Of a DNA stretch of 30,657 nucleotides, positions 17,714 through 25,711 are shown one piece after another. The first letter of the stretch is position 1, and the number at the start of each line of letters is the position of its first letter. Position numbers and translations under genes: made by a program. The notes under the pieces are model-generated. The model did no database searches, had not been told where the DNA came from, and was given only the letters and a program-made list of their open reading frames with translations. Source of the DNA: a virus (taxonomy: Duplodnaviria; Caudoviricetes); IMG/VR virus record IMGVR_UViG_3300044711_000051, positions 1-30,657 of that record; one strand, written 5' to 3'.

Positions 17714-17772
17714 CGCGGCTGACGGTAGCCGCCACAACACGACTTGCCCTAGCAAAGGTTCCCTCATTCGGC

Positions 17773-17822
17773 TTGACAAAGCGTTGCTGGCGGAGGATAG
17801 TTACCACAGCAAGAGTTTGTCA
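17773..17822 (+). promoter_or_regulatory. Early rightward promoter with overlapping operators
   Basis: TTGACA(17773-78)-N17-GATAGT(17796-801); AGCAA-N3-TTTGTCA on minus at 17774-17788 and on plus at 17808-17822. Confidence 0.75.
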
Positions 17823-17843
17823 CTAGTCGGAGGGCACCAAGCG

Positions 17844-18056
17844 GTGCATCGAGTCGATACCTCAGGGCTTCCCATCGGTCAGGCATTGAAGGTCGAGCGG
17901 ACCATCGCGGGCGTCACCCTGACCCGCATCGCCACGGCCGTCGGTGTGTCCATCGGCCAGCTCTCGCGGATCGAGTCCGGCGAGCGGACCGCCAGCGCGG
18001 AGCTCGTCGAGCGCATCCGCGTTGCCATCCGAGCGGCCACGGAGACGGCGGCATGA
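17844..18056 (+). CDS. Cro-like HTH regulator
   Basis: GGAGGG RBS; TLTRIATAVGVSIGQLSRIESGER. Confidence 0.88.
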   Translation: MHRVDTSGLPIGQALKVERTIAGVTLTRIATAVGVSIGQLSRIESGERTASAELVERIRVAIRAATETAA

Positions 18057-18163
18057 CTGCCTACACCTACCGCCTGTGGCGGCTCTACTGGCTCGCCGTC
18101 GCTCGGCGTGACCTCATCGGGCAGTACGGCATCGCCGCCCGTCTCCGAAAGGAGATGCCATGA
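18053..18163 (+). CDS. 36-aa hypothetical protein
   Basis: ATGA overlaps at both ends. Confidence 0.55.
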   Translation: MTAYTYRLWRLYWLAVARRDLIGQYGIAARLRKEMP

Positions 18164-18279
18164 CCCGCTGGGTTTGGGACGACTTGGACGTCCCTCCTCC
18201 GACGCAGCGGGCATGGGTCGCGGCGGTCCTCATCTTCGCGACGGTGGTCGTGTGGCTGGTGCTGGGGCTGACGTCGTGA
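18160..18279 (+). CDS. 39-aa membrane peptide
   Basis: AAGGAG RBS; hydrophobic WVAAVLIFATVVVWLVLG. Confidence 0.6.
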   Translation: MTRWVWDDLDVPPPTQRAWVAAVLIFATVVVWLVLGLTS

Positions 18280-18544
18280 GGTTCACCGTGACCCTGTGCT
18301 CCTGTCGACGCATGTGCGGCGTCAACGGCAACGACATCCATCGGATCCCCGCGAGGGGGACGACGCAGCGGGTACTCCCTCCCCTGGGGCCGCTGGAACC
18401 CGTCGTCCCTCTCGCCGGTCATCCGACGGACGGGTCCCCCGCGAGGCGCTGGACGCCGGGCTCTCACCAGCCCGTCCACGGTAGGACCCCCTGCCGCGTC
18501 CAGCCCCTCGCAGGGCATCTGTCCTGCCATCGAGGGAGATAGCC

Positions 18545-18793
18545 ATGGGCCACAGCTACGAATACGAGCACCTCGGGGCCGACATCCCCGACACGAAGGT
18601 CGTGACGCCGCGGGTTATCCGCATGTCGGGCGACATCGAGGTCCGGCCCTTCCCGCCGTTCCCCTACGACTGGGAGATGGCCGCGACGGCGGGCGACTCC
18701 CTCATGGAGGACTACCTCGACGAACTGGGCTACCCGAAGGTCAAGCCGACCCTCCGCCAGCGCATCCGAAGCGCGTTCCGGTGGACGTGGTGA
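18545..18793 (+). CDS. Hypothetical protein
   Basis: GAGGGAG RBS; codon usage. Confidence 0.65.
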   Translation: MGHSYEYEHLGADIPDTKVVTPRVIRMSGDIEVRPFPPFPYDWEMAATAGDSLMEDYLDELGYPKVKPTLRQRIRSAFRWTW

Positions 18794-19068
18794 CGTACCC
18801 CGAGGCGCGTGAGCTCTGCTCGGCCGTCAAGTACCCGAAGGGCTGGCACGTCGAGCCCCGCCTCGTCCGCCGTTTCAAGTGGCGCGACAAGCTCAACCTC
18901 ATCGCCTTCCACGACTCCATGCCGGTCTTCGGCTGGACGGGCTACGCCGTCGAGGACGGGCTGGCGTGGCTCATCCGCCGGATCGAGAAGGACGCCGGAC
19001 AGGCGTGGGCCGGAGTGACCGTGACGACGGACTCCGAGGGATGGATCCGGGAGGTGCTTGATGCCTGA
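18781..19068 (+). CDS. Hypothetical protein
   Basis: Coupled in the early operon. Confidence 0.6.
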   Translation: MDVVTYPEARELCSAVKYPKGWHVEPRLVRRFKWRDKLNLIAFHDSMPVFGWTGYAVEDGLAWLIRRIEKDAGQAWAGVTVTTDSEGWIREVLDA

Positions 19069-19840
19069 CAAGAAGTTCGAGCTGGGCGACTACATCGAGG
19101 TCAAGGACCGGATCGCCATCTTCTACGAGCTGTACCCGCAGGGGCGGCTCTGCACCGACCAAGTTCGGTTCCCGGATCCTGACGACGACACGCCCCGAAT
19201 CACCGTCTGTGCCCTCGCCTATCGGACCCCAGAGGACCCGCTGCCCGGAGTCGGCTACTCGTGGATGGTCCTGCCGGGGAAGACCCCGTACACCGCCGGG
19301 TCCGAGCTGGAGAACACCGAGACGAGCGCGTGGGGCCGCGCGATCGCGAGCCTCGGCATCCTCATCGACCGGAGTATCGCCTCGGCGCAGGAGGTCCAGA
19401 ACAAGCAGGAGGACCGGCACACCCCTCTCGCACCCCTGTCACGCGAGAGTGCTGAGGACGGGCTCATCGGCACCGTCGAAGTGGGCAAGTCCCCCGTCGA
19501 CATGGAGCTTCGGCAGACCCCGGACGGTCCGGCCCTCGGCTTCAAGCTCAAGAACGGGCGCAAGGCGTACCAGGTGCTCGCGATCGGGCCGCTGGCCGAC
19601 GCCCTCCAGATGACCGACCTCGGCGCTGGGGACCGGGTGACCGTATTCGGGACCATCGACCTCATCCCGTGGAAGAAGGGCGACGTGGACATGCCGCCGT
19701 TCGCCCGCATCACCCCGACGCGTATCAAGACCGACGAGTGGACGCTGCCCGCCGAGGAGGCCGTGTCGCTGCCGCTCTTCGATGAGGACGAAGCAGCCGA
19801 GATCGCGGCACGGGAGATGGCCGAGGCGGCGTCGTCGTGA
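19061..19840 (+). CDS. Putative ssDNA-annealing recombinase (Rad52/Sak-like) with a C-terminal OB-fold-like domain
   Basis: YIEVKDRI, LENTETSAWGRAI motifs; C-terminal ELRQTPDG...GDRVTVFG and acidic tail. Confidence 0.6.
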   Translation: MPDKKFELGDYIEVKDRIAIFYELYPQGRLCTDQVRFPDPDDDTPRITVCALAYRTPEDPLPGVGYSWMVLPGKTPYTAGSELENTETSAWGRAIASLGILIDRSIASAQEVQNKQEDRHTPLAPLSRESAEDGLIGTVEVGKSPVDMELRQTPDGPALGFKLKNGRKAYQVLAIGPLADALQMTDLGAGDRVTVFGTIDLIPWKKGDVDMPPFARITPTRIKTDEWTLPAEEAVSLPLFDEDEAAEIAAREMAEAASS

Positions 19841-20040
19841 AGCACTCGTCCTTTTCCGACGACGACCTCGTGACGGTGTTGCGGGAGGACTCATCGAGGG
19901 ACGCGCGCCGGGAGGCGCTCATGCGCATCCTCGCCGCCTCGTGGGAGGACGGCTGGCAGGCGTGCGAGAAGACCTACAAGGAGGCGCTGGTCGAAGCGGC
20001 CGTGCGTATCGGGCCGCACGTCAAGGAGGGGCGGGCGTGA
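19837..20040 (+). CDS. Hypothetical protein
   Basis: GTGA overlaps. Confidence 0.6.
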   Translation: MKHSSFSDDDLVTVLREDSSRDARREALMRILAASWEDGWQACEKTYKEALVEAAVRIGPHVKEGRA

Positions 20041-20342
20041 CCCTCCGTCGTCGTACCCCGCTCAAGCCCTCACAGGGCACGACGTGGCCCGCCACCGTCC
20101 GCTCTGCCGCATGGGACCGGGACCACGGCTGCATCGGCCCACGGGTCGGGATGCCGGAGGTCTGCCTCGGAGCCGTCGAGCTCGACCACGTCCGGGCATC
20201 TGGCGGGATGGGGATGAAGTCCCGCTCGACCCTGGACAACGCGGCGTCGCTCTGTGGCCGGCATCACGATCTGAAGACCCGCGAGGGGCGGACGTGGCGT
20301 CCGCTGCTGCTCGAGTACATCGACCGGCAGGCCCGACGATGA
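20037..20342 (+). CDS. HNH endonuclease
   Basis: RDHGC...ELDHV...DNAASLCGRHHDLKT. Confidence 0.8.
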   Translation: MTLRRRTPLKPSQGTTWPATVRSAAWDRDHGCIGPRVGMPEVCLGAVELDHVRASGGMGMKSRSTLDNAASLCGRHHDLKTREGRTWRPLLLEYIDRQARR

Positions 20343-20557
20343 CGATGACGCAATGCGAGGCCCTCTCCTGGTACCTCCGCAAGTACCCCGGAGCATCGTC
20401 GCTGGAGGTCACCCACGACCTCAAGATCGTCAACGTGACGGGCCGGGTGTCGGACCTCCGGGCGCAGGGCGTCGAGGTGGTCTGCTTCACCCGCGAGGAC
20501 GGGAACAAGGGCTACCGGATCGTGGAGCCCGAGACGCAACTGGCCCTCGCGCTGTGA
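20339..20557 (+). CDS. Winged-helix DNA-binding protein
   Basis: GRVSDLRAQGVEV...GYRI. Confidence 0.65.
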   Translation: MTMTQCEALSWYLRKYPGASSLEVTHDLKIVNVTGRVSDLRAQGVEVVCFTREDGNKGYRIVEPETQLALAL

Positions 20558-20841
20558 GCCGCATCCGGGTCGGCCTGACCCCTGACGCATGGCGTGACGA
20601 GGGCGCAGCCGTGGCCCGCTTCCATGGCTCGCCGCAGTTCGGGACGCGCGGACAAGCGCTCGTGGGCGGCACGAACAGGCCGATCCCCAACGTCATCCGG
20701 GCCAACCTCCGCACCCCGGAGTCGGCCTCGAGCAAGGTCGCACGGCTCCGTCGGGAGAGGGCCGCTTCTGTTGACCGTGTGAGCCAGACGAACCCCGATA
20801 ATGGAGCTGTCGAGGCATCCATCCATCGAGGTTCGCTGTGA
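20554..20841 (+). CDS. Hypothetical protein
   Basis: GTGA overlaps at both ends. Confidence 0.45.
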   Translation: MSRIRVGLTPDAWRDEGAAVARFHGSPQFGTRGQALVGGTNRPIPNVIRANLRTPESASSKVARLRRERAASVDRVSQTNPDNGAVEASIHRGSL

Positions 20842-21209
20842 GTCTATCCCGCGGCGCGGTCACGCGCGACGATCCCATTCTCGGAACGGTCCGGCTCTGC
20901 CGGGGGTGCGGCGAGGAATGGCCGCTCGATGACGAGTTCTGGCACATGCAGGGGGACCAGCTCTCCACCGCATGGCCCTTCCGTTGTCGCGCCTGTTGCG
21001 TGGACTACTACGCCGTCCGCCGTCGGCTCTCGCTCGAGACTCGACGTTCGACGTGGACGCAGCGCGACCTCCCCGTCGAAGGACGCTGCAACCGGGTCCT
21101 GAGGACCGGCGCCTACTGCGGCCGGATGGACGGTCACTCCAACCGTTGCCGCTCCCAGCTCGCGATGCTCAACGACAGTGTTCGTCAGCGACCGGAGAGG
21201 GCGGCGTGA
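20838..21209 (+). CDS. Zn-finger protein
   Basis: CRGC...CRAC, plus C...C...H..C. Confidence 0.6.
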   Translation: MSLSRGAVTRDDPILGTVRLCRGCGEEWPLDDEFWHMQGDQLSTAWPFRCRACCVDYYAVRRRLSLETRRSTWTQRDLPVEGRCNRVLRTGAYCGRMDGHSNRCRSQLAMLNDSVRQRPERAA

Positions 21210-21703
21210 GGATCCGGCAGGTGCGCCCGGAGTTCTGGACGGACGAGACGATGGCGCTGCTCGCCTACCCGGTCCGCCTCTTCTACATCGGCCTGTGGAA
21301 CGTCGCTGACGACGCCGGGTGGATGGAGTGGAGGCCGAACCGGATCGGGGCCGTCCTCTTCCCCTACGAGTCCCCGAAGCGCCGCGAGCGCGACATCACC
21401 GCGTGGGCCGAGCGGCTGGTCGAGGTCGGCCGGCTCGTCATCCACGAGTGCGGCTGCGCCCAGGTCCCGACCCTCTCGAAGCACCAGCGGGTGTCCGGCA
21501 AGCAGTCATTCACCGCCTTCGACGGCCACAGTCCGCACGCACTGCGAATCGGTAAGCAGTCACCGCTTAGCGATAGCCCAGTAGAGGAAGGTAGAGGAAC
21601 GGAACGTAACGGTATGCCTGCGGGCGACCCATTCGCTACGCGAGACGAAGAAGACCGGATCGAGCTGACCCGGCTCGCGACGAAGAAGGCGCTACGGGCA
21701 TGA
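21206..21703 (+). CDS. Replication initiator-like protein (N-terminal domain)
   Basis: RIRQVRPEFWTDE...RLFYIGLWNVADDAG...LFPYE, typical phage replisome organiser N-terminus. Confidence 0.7.
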   Translation: MRIRQVRPEFWTDETMALLAYPVRLFYIGLWNVADDAGWMEWRPNRIGAVLFPYESPKRRERDITAWAERLVEVGRLVIHECGCAQVPTLSKHQRVSGKQSFTAFDGHSPHALRIGKQSPLSDSPVEEGRGTERNGMPAGDPFATRDEEDRIELTRLATKKALRA

Positions 21704-21894
21704 CCGACATGCAGACCTGTGCCGCCTGCGACCACACGGGCTTCGACGTGAAGCGCGCCCTGGTCGAGCTCGAGCCTCCGTGGCGACTCACGACCAACCC
21801 CATCACAGGAGAAGCGACGCCCGAGAAGTGGGCGCATGAGCCTCGATGTACGGACCGGGATGCCTGCGCCGAGCGAATGGAGGTGATCGCATGA
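21700..21894 (+). CDS. Small Cys-containing hypothetical protein
   Basis: CAAC...C....C; ATGA overlaps. Confidence 0.6.
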   Translation: MTDMQTCAACDHTGFDVKRALVELEPPWRLTTNPITGEATPEKWAHEPRCTDRDACAERMEVIA

Positions 21895-21987
21895 CCTACG
21901 ACCACGAGACCGGCCCCGGCTGGTCAACTCACGTTTTCACGATCCGCCTCGGACGCTGGACGCTCTCGCTGGCACTGGACCGGAACC

Positions 21988-22356
21988 GTGATTAGCGCCG
22001 TCTGCGGGCTCATCCTCGCCCTCGCCGCGCTCCTGCCCGCACAGGGCGCTACATCGTCACTGCGAAGCGGCCTCGCCACCTGGTACGACGACGGCCCCGG
22101 CCTGTACGCCGCCGCCGGTCCCGACCTCCGGCACGGAGACTGGCGGGGATCGTTCGTCACCGTGACCAGCGGGAGCAGGAGCGTCACCGTCCAGCTCACC
22201 GACTGGTGCGCCTGCGGGGATCGCAACGGCAGGCCCACCCTGCTCGACCTGAGCGCAACAGCGTTCCGGCGGCTGGCCCCGCTGTCGAAGGGGGTCATCG
22301 CGGTCGAGGTGACGACGGGCGCGAGGATCGAGCTGCCGAGGACGGATACCCGATGA
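21988..22356 (+). CDS. Secreted RlpA-like double-psi beta-barrel protein
   Basis: Signal peptide; GLATWY, SVTVQLTDWC, LLDLSATAFRRLA..SKGVIAV. Confidence 0.8.
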   Translation: MISAVCGLILALAALLPAQGATSSLRSGLATWYDDGPGLYAAAGPDLRHGDWRGSFVTVTSGSRSVTVQLTDWCACGDRNGRPTLLDLSATAFRRLAPLSKGVIAVEVTTGARIELPRTDTR

Positions 22357-22550
22357 TGTGGCCCGACCTGGAGGATCGCCGCAGGACGCACCCCGACGAC
22401 GCACACGAGCCATCGTGCTGCGGCGGGTGCGACGTGTGCTTCGCGGTCTGCGGCGGCTACCACGGTCCGGAGCGCCGAAAGCACTGGCCGGTCGCGGTCG
22501 AGGTGACGAGCGGCAGCGTGACGTTGCCGGCGACGGATACGGAACGATGA
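22353..22550 (+). CDS. Cys-rich protein ending in a copy of the RlpA-like C-terminus
   Basis: CCGGCDVC...C; VAVEVTSGSVTLPATDTER. Confidence 0.6.
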   Translation: MMWPDLEDRRRTHPDDAHEPSCCGGCDVCFAVCGGYHGPERRKHWPVAVEVTSGSVTLPATDTER

Positions 22551-22852
22551 CGGGCTATCGGCGTATGAACATGGGCGGTTGGCATCTGCGCGTCGTCGAG
22601 GATCGCGTAGCGGCCCTGCGCCACCTGCGGCGGTACTGGCCTTTCCTGCCCTCGACGTTCTTTCGTTGGCTGGAGACGGCTGGACCGGACCAGACGTACC
22701 TGCTCACGGCCTGCGTCAACGAGCCCGAGCGGTGGGTCATGGGCAACCCGCCCCTGATGGCTGACACGGAGGCTCTCGTCTCCATTCCGGTCCGTGCTAT
22801 GGCCCCCGTTCTCGCCGCACCCACCGAGGAGGAACGCCAGCATGACCGTTGA
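22547..22852 (+). CDS. Hypothetical protein
   Basis: ATGA overlap. Confidence 0.55.
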   Translation: MTGYRRMNMGGWHLRVVEDRVAALRHLRRYWPFLPSTFFRWLETAGPDQTYLLTACVNEPERWVMGNPPLMADTEALVSIPVRAMAPVLAAPTEEERQHDR

Positions 22853-23486
22853 GCAGCACCATCACTCGTGGGGCAGCATCGATGACGGACCCGTCCAGTG
22901 CGTCGAGTGCGGCGTCGGCTCCGCGCCTGACCTCGTTCCAGCCTCTCGCCTCTCTCACGATCGGGGCGCGCGCCCGGCCAACGTCGCACGCTGCGCCAAC
23001 TGCGCCAAGCCGCTCACCCCGGACCACCAGTGCCCCACTGCCGAGACGACAACGCGAAACGAGTGGGGCGTTCGCGGCACCGAAGCCTACGCCGCTCGCC
23101 TCTCTCACGATCGGGGCGCTGATGCTGAACACTGCCCGTGCCTCGGCCACGTTCAGGCGGCGTTGACGGACGGCTGCCCGTGCTCCGCTGCGGAATGCGT
23201 CCACGACCACATCCTCTCCGTCCCAGCCCCGACGCTGCCCGTGTACCGATGTGTCTGCGGCGAGATCGAAGCCAACCGCGTGCATTCCGACACGAGGCTG
23301 TCCGGGTGGCACCCCTACGCCGGGGAGTCCGTCCCAGCCCCGACGCTGCCCGCGCTTGATGCGGCCGTCGTCGCGCTCGCGTTCGCTCGGCTGAACTACG
23401 GCAAGGACGCGAGGGCGGTCGGCGACGATATCGCGTGGGCCAAGGCGTTCATCCGAGAGTACGAGGCCCTGCGCGATGGCGTCTGA
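22842..23486 (+). CDS. Modular Cys/His-rich protein with repeat linkers
   Basis: GAGGAGG RBS; four Cys/His modules separated by RLSHDRGA x2 and SVPAPTLP x2. Confidence 0.65.
   Translation: MTVEQHHHSWGSIDDGPVQCVECGVGSAPDLVPASRLSHDRGARPANVARCANCAKPLTPDHQCPTAETTTRNEWGVRGTEAYAARLSHDRGADAEHCPCLGHVQAALTDGCPCSAAECVHDHILSVPAPTLPVYRCVCGEIEANRVHSDTRLSGWHPYAGESVPAPTLPALDAAVVALAFARLNYGKDARAVGDDIAWAKAFIREYEALRDGV
22945..23352 (+). repeat. Two pairs of exact 25-bp direct repeats
   Basis: CTCGCCTCTCTCACGATCGGGGCGC at 22945 and 23095; TCCGTCCCAGCCCCGACGCTGCCCG at 23217 and 23328. Confidence 0.9.
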
Positions 23487-23691
23487 CCCGACCCGCGAAC
23501 CGCGTTCCGAGGCCGACCTCCGGGCGCTGGGGCTGTCGTGGGAGTGCTGCGACTCCTGTCACGACGACGACGCCTATGGCTACGGGATGACCGAACGCCA
23601 GACACCGAGCGGCGCGTGGTTCTCGGCGTGTTGCAGGACGCCTGGAGACATCGCCATCGCAGCCGCTATCGAGGTGCGCGATGCCGTCTGA
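23476..23691 (+). CDS. Cys-rich hypothetical protein
   Basis: CCDSCH...ACC; bounded by a 21-bp repeat. Confidence 0.65.
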   Translation: MASDPTREPRSEADLRALGLSWECCDSCHDDDAYGYGMTERQTPSGAWFSACCRTPGDIAIAAAIEVRDAV

Positions 23692-23947
23692 CCCGCTACC
23701 CCTGAGCCCGGAAACGGGATGGGATGCCCTGAACCGCGAACTCGATGACTGGGATACGAACGAGTCCCCGATGCTAACGGCCATCGTCTCGCGACACCGC
23801 CCACGCATCGAGCAGGAAGCGCGCACCCTCGAACGCGCCGAGGTGATCGCGGAAGCGGTGGCGGCAGTGGAGGCGCTGGAGGGCGTCGTCTACGTGGACA
23901 AGGATGACGTTCTCGCCGCACTTTCACGGCTGGGGGAGCGCGAGTAA
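23681..23947 (+). CDS. Hypothetical protein
   Basis: GAGGTG RBS. Confidence 0.6.
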   Translation: MPSDPLPLSPETGWDALNRELDDWDTNESPMLTAIVSRHRPRIEQEARTLERAEVIAEAVAAVEALEGVVYVDKDDVLAALSRLGERE

Positions 23948-23950
23948 CCC

Positions 23951-24340
23951 GTGACCCGCATCGGCTACAGCGTTGCCGAGGTGGCCGAGGCGCTTGGCAA
24001 GCGCAAGGCCCAGGTCCAACGCTGGCTCGTCAGCGGGAAGATCCCCGGCCGGAAGGTGGGCGGGGTCTGGTTCGTGTCCGCCGAATGGGTCGACTCGATG
24101 AGGGGTTACGATGACCGCGGTGAGAGGACACAACGAGGGAAGCCTGTTCCTCCGCAAGCGGGACCGTCGCTGGGTGGCGATGGTGACGATGCACGACGGG
24201 CGCCGAAGGTCAGCGTCCGCAGCGTCGAAGTCCGAAGGGTTGACGCTGCTTCGCGAGCTGACAAGGCAGCGGGACCAGCAGATACCAGCCGATCCCAGTC
24301 GGCTGCGGCTTGGGGTATTCCTCGAGAGGTGGCTCGATGA
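23951..24340 (+). CDS. xis: Excisionase (HTH_17-like)
   Basis: YSVAEVAEALG...VQRWLVSGKIPGRKVGGVWFV; directly upstream of int; tail overlaps int. Confidence 0.8.
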   Translation: MTRIGYSVAEVAEALGKRKAQVQRWLVSGKIPGRKVGGVWFVSAEWVDSMRGYDDRGERTQRGKPVPPQAGPSLGGDGDDARRAPKVSVRSVEVRRVDAASRADKAAGPADTSRSQSAAAWGIPREVAR

Positions 24341-25226
24341 CGTCCGCCCTCGGATGGCTCCGGCGACGTGGAAGAAGCACGAGTCCATCGTCCGTGTTCA
24401 CCTTCTCCCACACATCGCTCACATTCGCCTGTCCCAACTGTCGGTCGCCGATTGTCGCGAACTTCTCGCGGACCTCGCAGTGGACCTGGATCCTCAATCT
24501 GTCCGACATGTGCGGGCCACGCTGCGTCGAAGCCTTGCGGATGCTCAACGCGATGCGCTCGTGGGACGAAACGTCGCGGCGCTCGCCGAGCCCCCGCCGA
24601 TGCGCCGCAAGCGCCCGGCCGTCCTCAGCCAAGTACAGGTCAAAGCCTTGATCGACGGCACGCGGGACGACCGCTACCACGCCTTGTGGACACTGGCCGC
24701 CACCTCGGGGATGAGACAGGCCGAGATGCTGGCGCTGACGTGGGACGACATCGAGGGGAGCATGGTCCACGTCCGCAGAACGCTGCACTTCCGGGACGGG
24801 GAGGCAGTCCTCGACAAGCCCAAGACCGAGACCTCGGTGCGCGACGTCCCGATCCCGCCCGTGACCGTAGCGGCGCTGCGGGAGCATCGACGGGCGCAGC
24901 TCGAGGAACGCGCTGCCGCCGGCGCACTCGGCTCCGAGGGGCTGGTGTTCGTGACCGTGCGGGGCCTGCCCATCCACGGCTCGAACCTGATGCCCGCGCT
25001 CCATGCCGCTCTGGCGCGGTTGGGGCTGCCGAAGGTGACGATGCACTCGCTCCGGCACTCGGCGGCCACGGTGCTCATCGCGGAGGGCTACCCGATCGCG
25101 AAGGTGGCGGCCATCCTCGGGCACTCGTCCTCGCGGGTCACGGAGATGGTCTACGCCCACCTCATCGGGAAGGACCTGGTGGGGGCGGCTGACGTCATGG
25201 AACGGATGTACGGAGAGGCGAGATGA
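24111..25226 (+). CDS. int: Tyrosine integrase
   Basis: R (GMRQAE), K (KPKT), HSLRH, LGH, Y (VYAH); N-terminal RGHNEGS arm-binding region. Confidence 0.97.
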   Translation: MTAVRGHNEGSLFLRKRDRRWVAMVTMHDGRRRSASAASKSEGLTLLRELTRQRDQQIPADPSRLRLGVFLERWLDDVRPRMAPATWKKHESIVRVHLLPHIAHIRLSQLSVADCRELLADLAVDLDPQSVRHVRATLRRSLADAQRDALVGRNVAALAEPPPMRRKRPAVLSQVQVKALIDGTRDDRYHALWTLAATSGMRQAEMLALTWDDIEGSMVHVRRTLHFRDGEAVLDKPKTETSVRDVPIPPVTVAALREHRRAQLEERAAAGALGSEGLVFVTVRGLPIHGSNLMPALHAALARLGLPKVTMHSLRHSAATVLIAEGYPIAKVAAILGHSSSRVTEMVYAHLIGKDLVGAADVMERMYGEAR

Positions 25227-25537
25227 TTGACGAGCGGGAGGTTCGGATTGACCACGCCAACGGCTGGCGTTGCCTCGTCACCGTCGCCGCATCGGCCTTC
25301 GATGACAAGGCGATGATGGCCGCCGTCGAAAGTCACGCTCGTGATTGGGAGGTCGGCTTCCCGTGGACTCCGGGTCTGCGGCGGGGTCAGATCGTGACCA
25401 TTACGGTCCCGCATTGGGAGTTTCAGGTTCGGGCGCGGGTGCTGTCGGTCAAGGACACGGTCGTTCGGTTCCGAGAGGTCAAACCGAGCGTGTCTGCTGT
25501 CGCTTCTGCTGTATTAGCAACGCCCGAAGCGTCGTAA
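25223..25537 (+). CDS. Hypothetical protein
   Basis: ATGA overlap with int. Confidence 0.55.
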   Translation: MIDEREVRIDHANGWRCLVTVAASAFDDKAMMAAVESHARDWEVGFPWTPGLRRGQIVTITVPHWEFQVRARVLSVKDTVVRFREVKPSVSAVASAVLATPEAS

Positions 25538-25685
25538 TCCCGGTTTCACGCACGAATGTGGAGGCGACGGCGGGATTCGAACCCGCGTATAGAGGTTTTG
25601 CAGACCCTTACACTGCGCGTTCTGAACGTAGGATTAGGCACTAGACAGCACTATTCGGCACTCTGTACTGCTGTACTTCTGCTGT
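25494..25685. repeat. Putative integrase arm-type sites flanking the attP core
   Basis: CTGCTGT at 25494, 25506, 25668, 25679 (CTTCTGCTGT at 25503 and 25676). Confidence 0.65.
25559..25606 (-). other. attP core: 3' half of tRNA-Cys(GCA)
   Basis: Minus GGTCTGCAAAACCTCTATACGCGGGTTCGAATCCCGCCGTCGCCTCCA: anticodon loop, T arm, CCA; 5' half absent; about 330 bp after int. Confidence 0.88.
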
Positions 25686-25711
25686 CGCAGCAGTCAGAAT
25701 CTAGAACCGAC

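Noticed and set aside
22945-23352. CRISPR mini-array or DGR template/variable repeats
   Set aside because: Only two copies of each repeat, long in-frame spacers, no adenine-specific mismatches, and no cas or reverse transcriptase gene
25559-25606. Functional tRNA-Cys gene
   Set aside because: The 5' acceptor strand and D arm are missing; the fragment fits an attP core beside int
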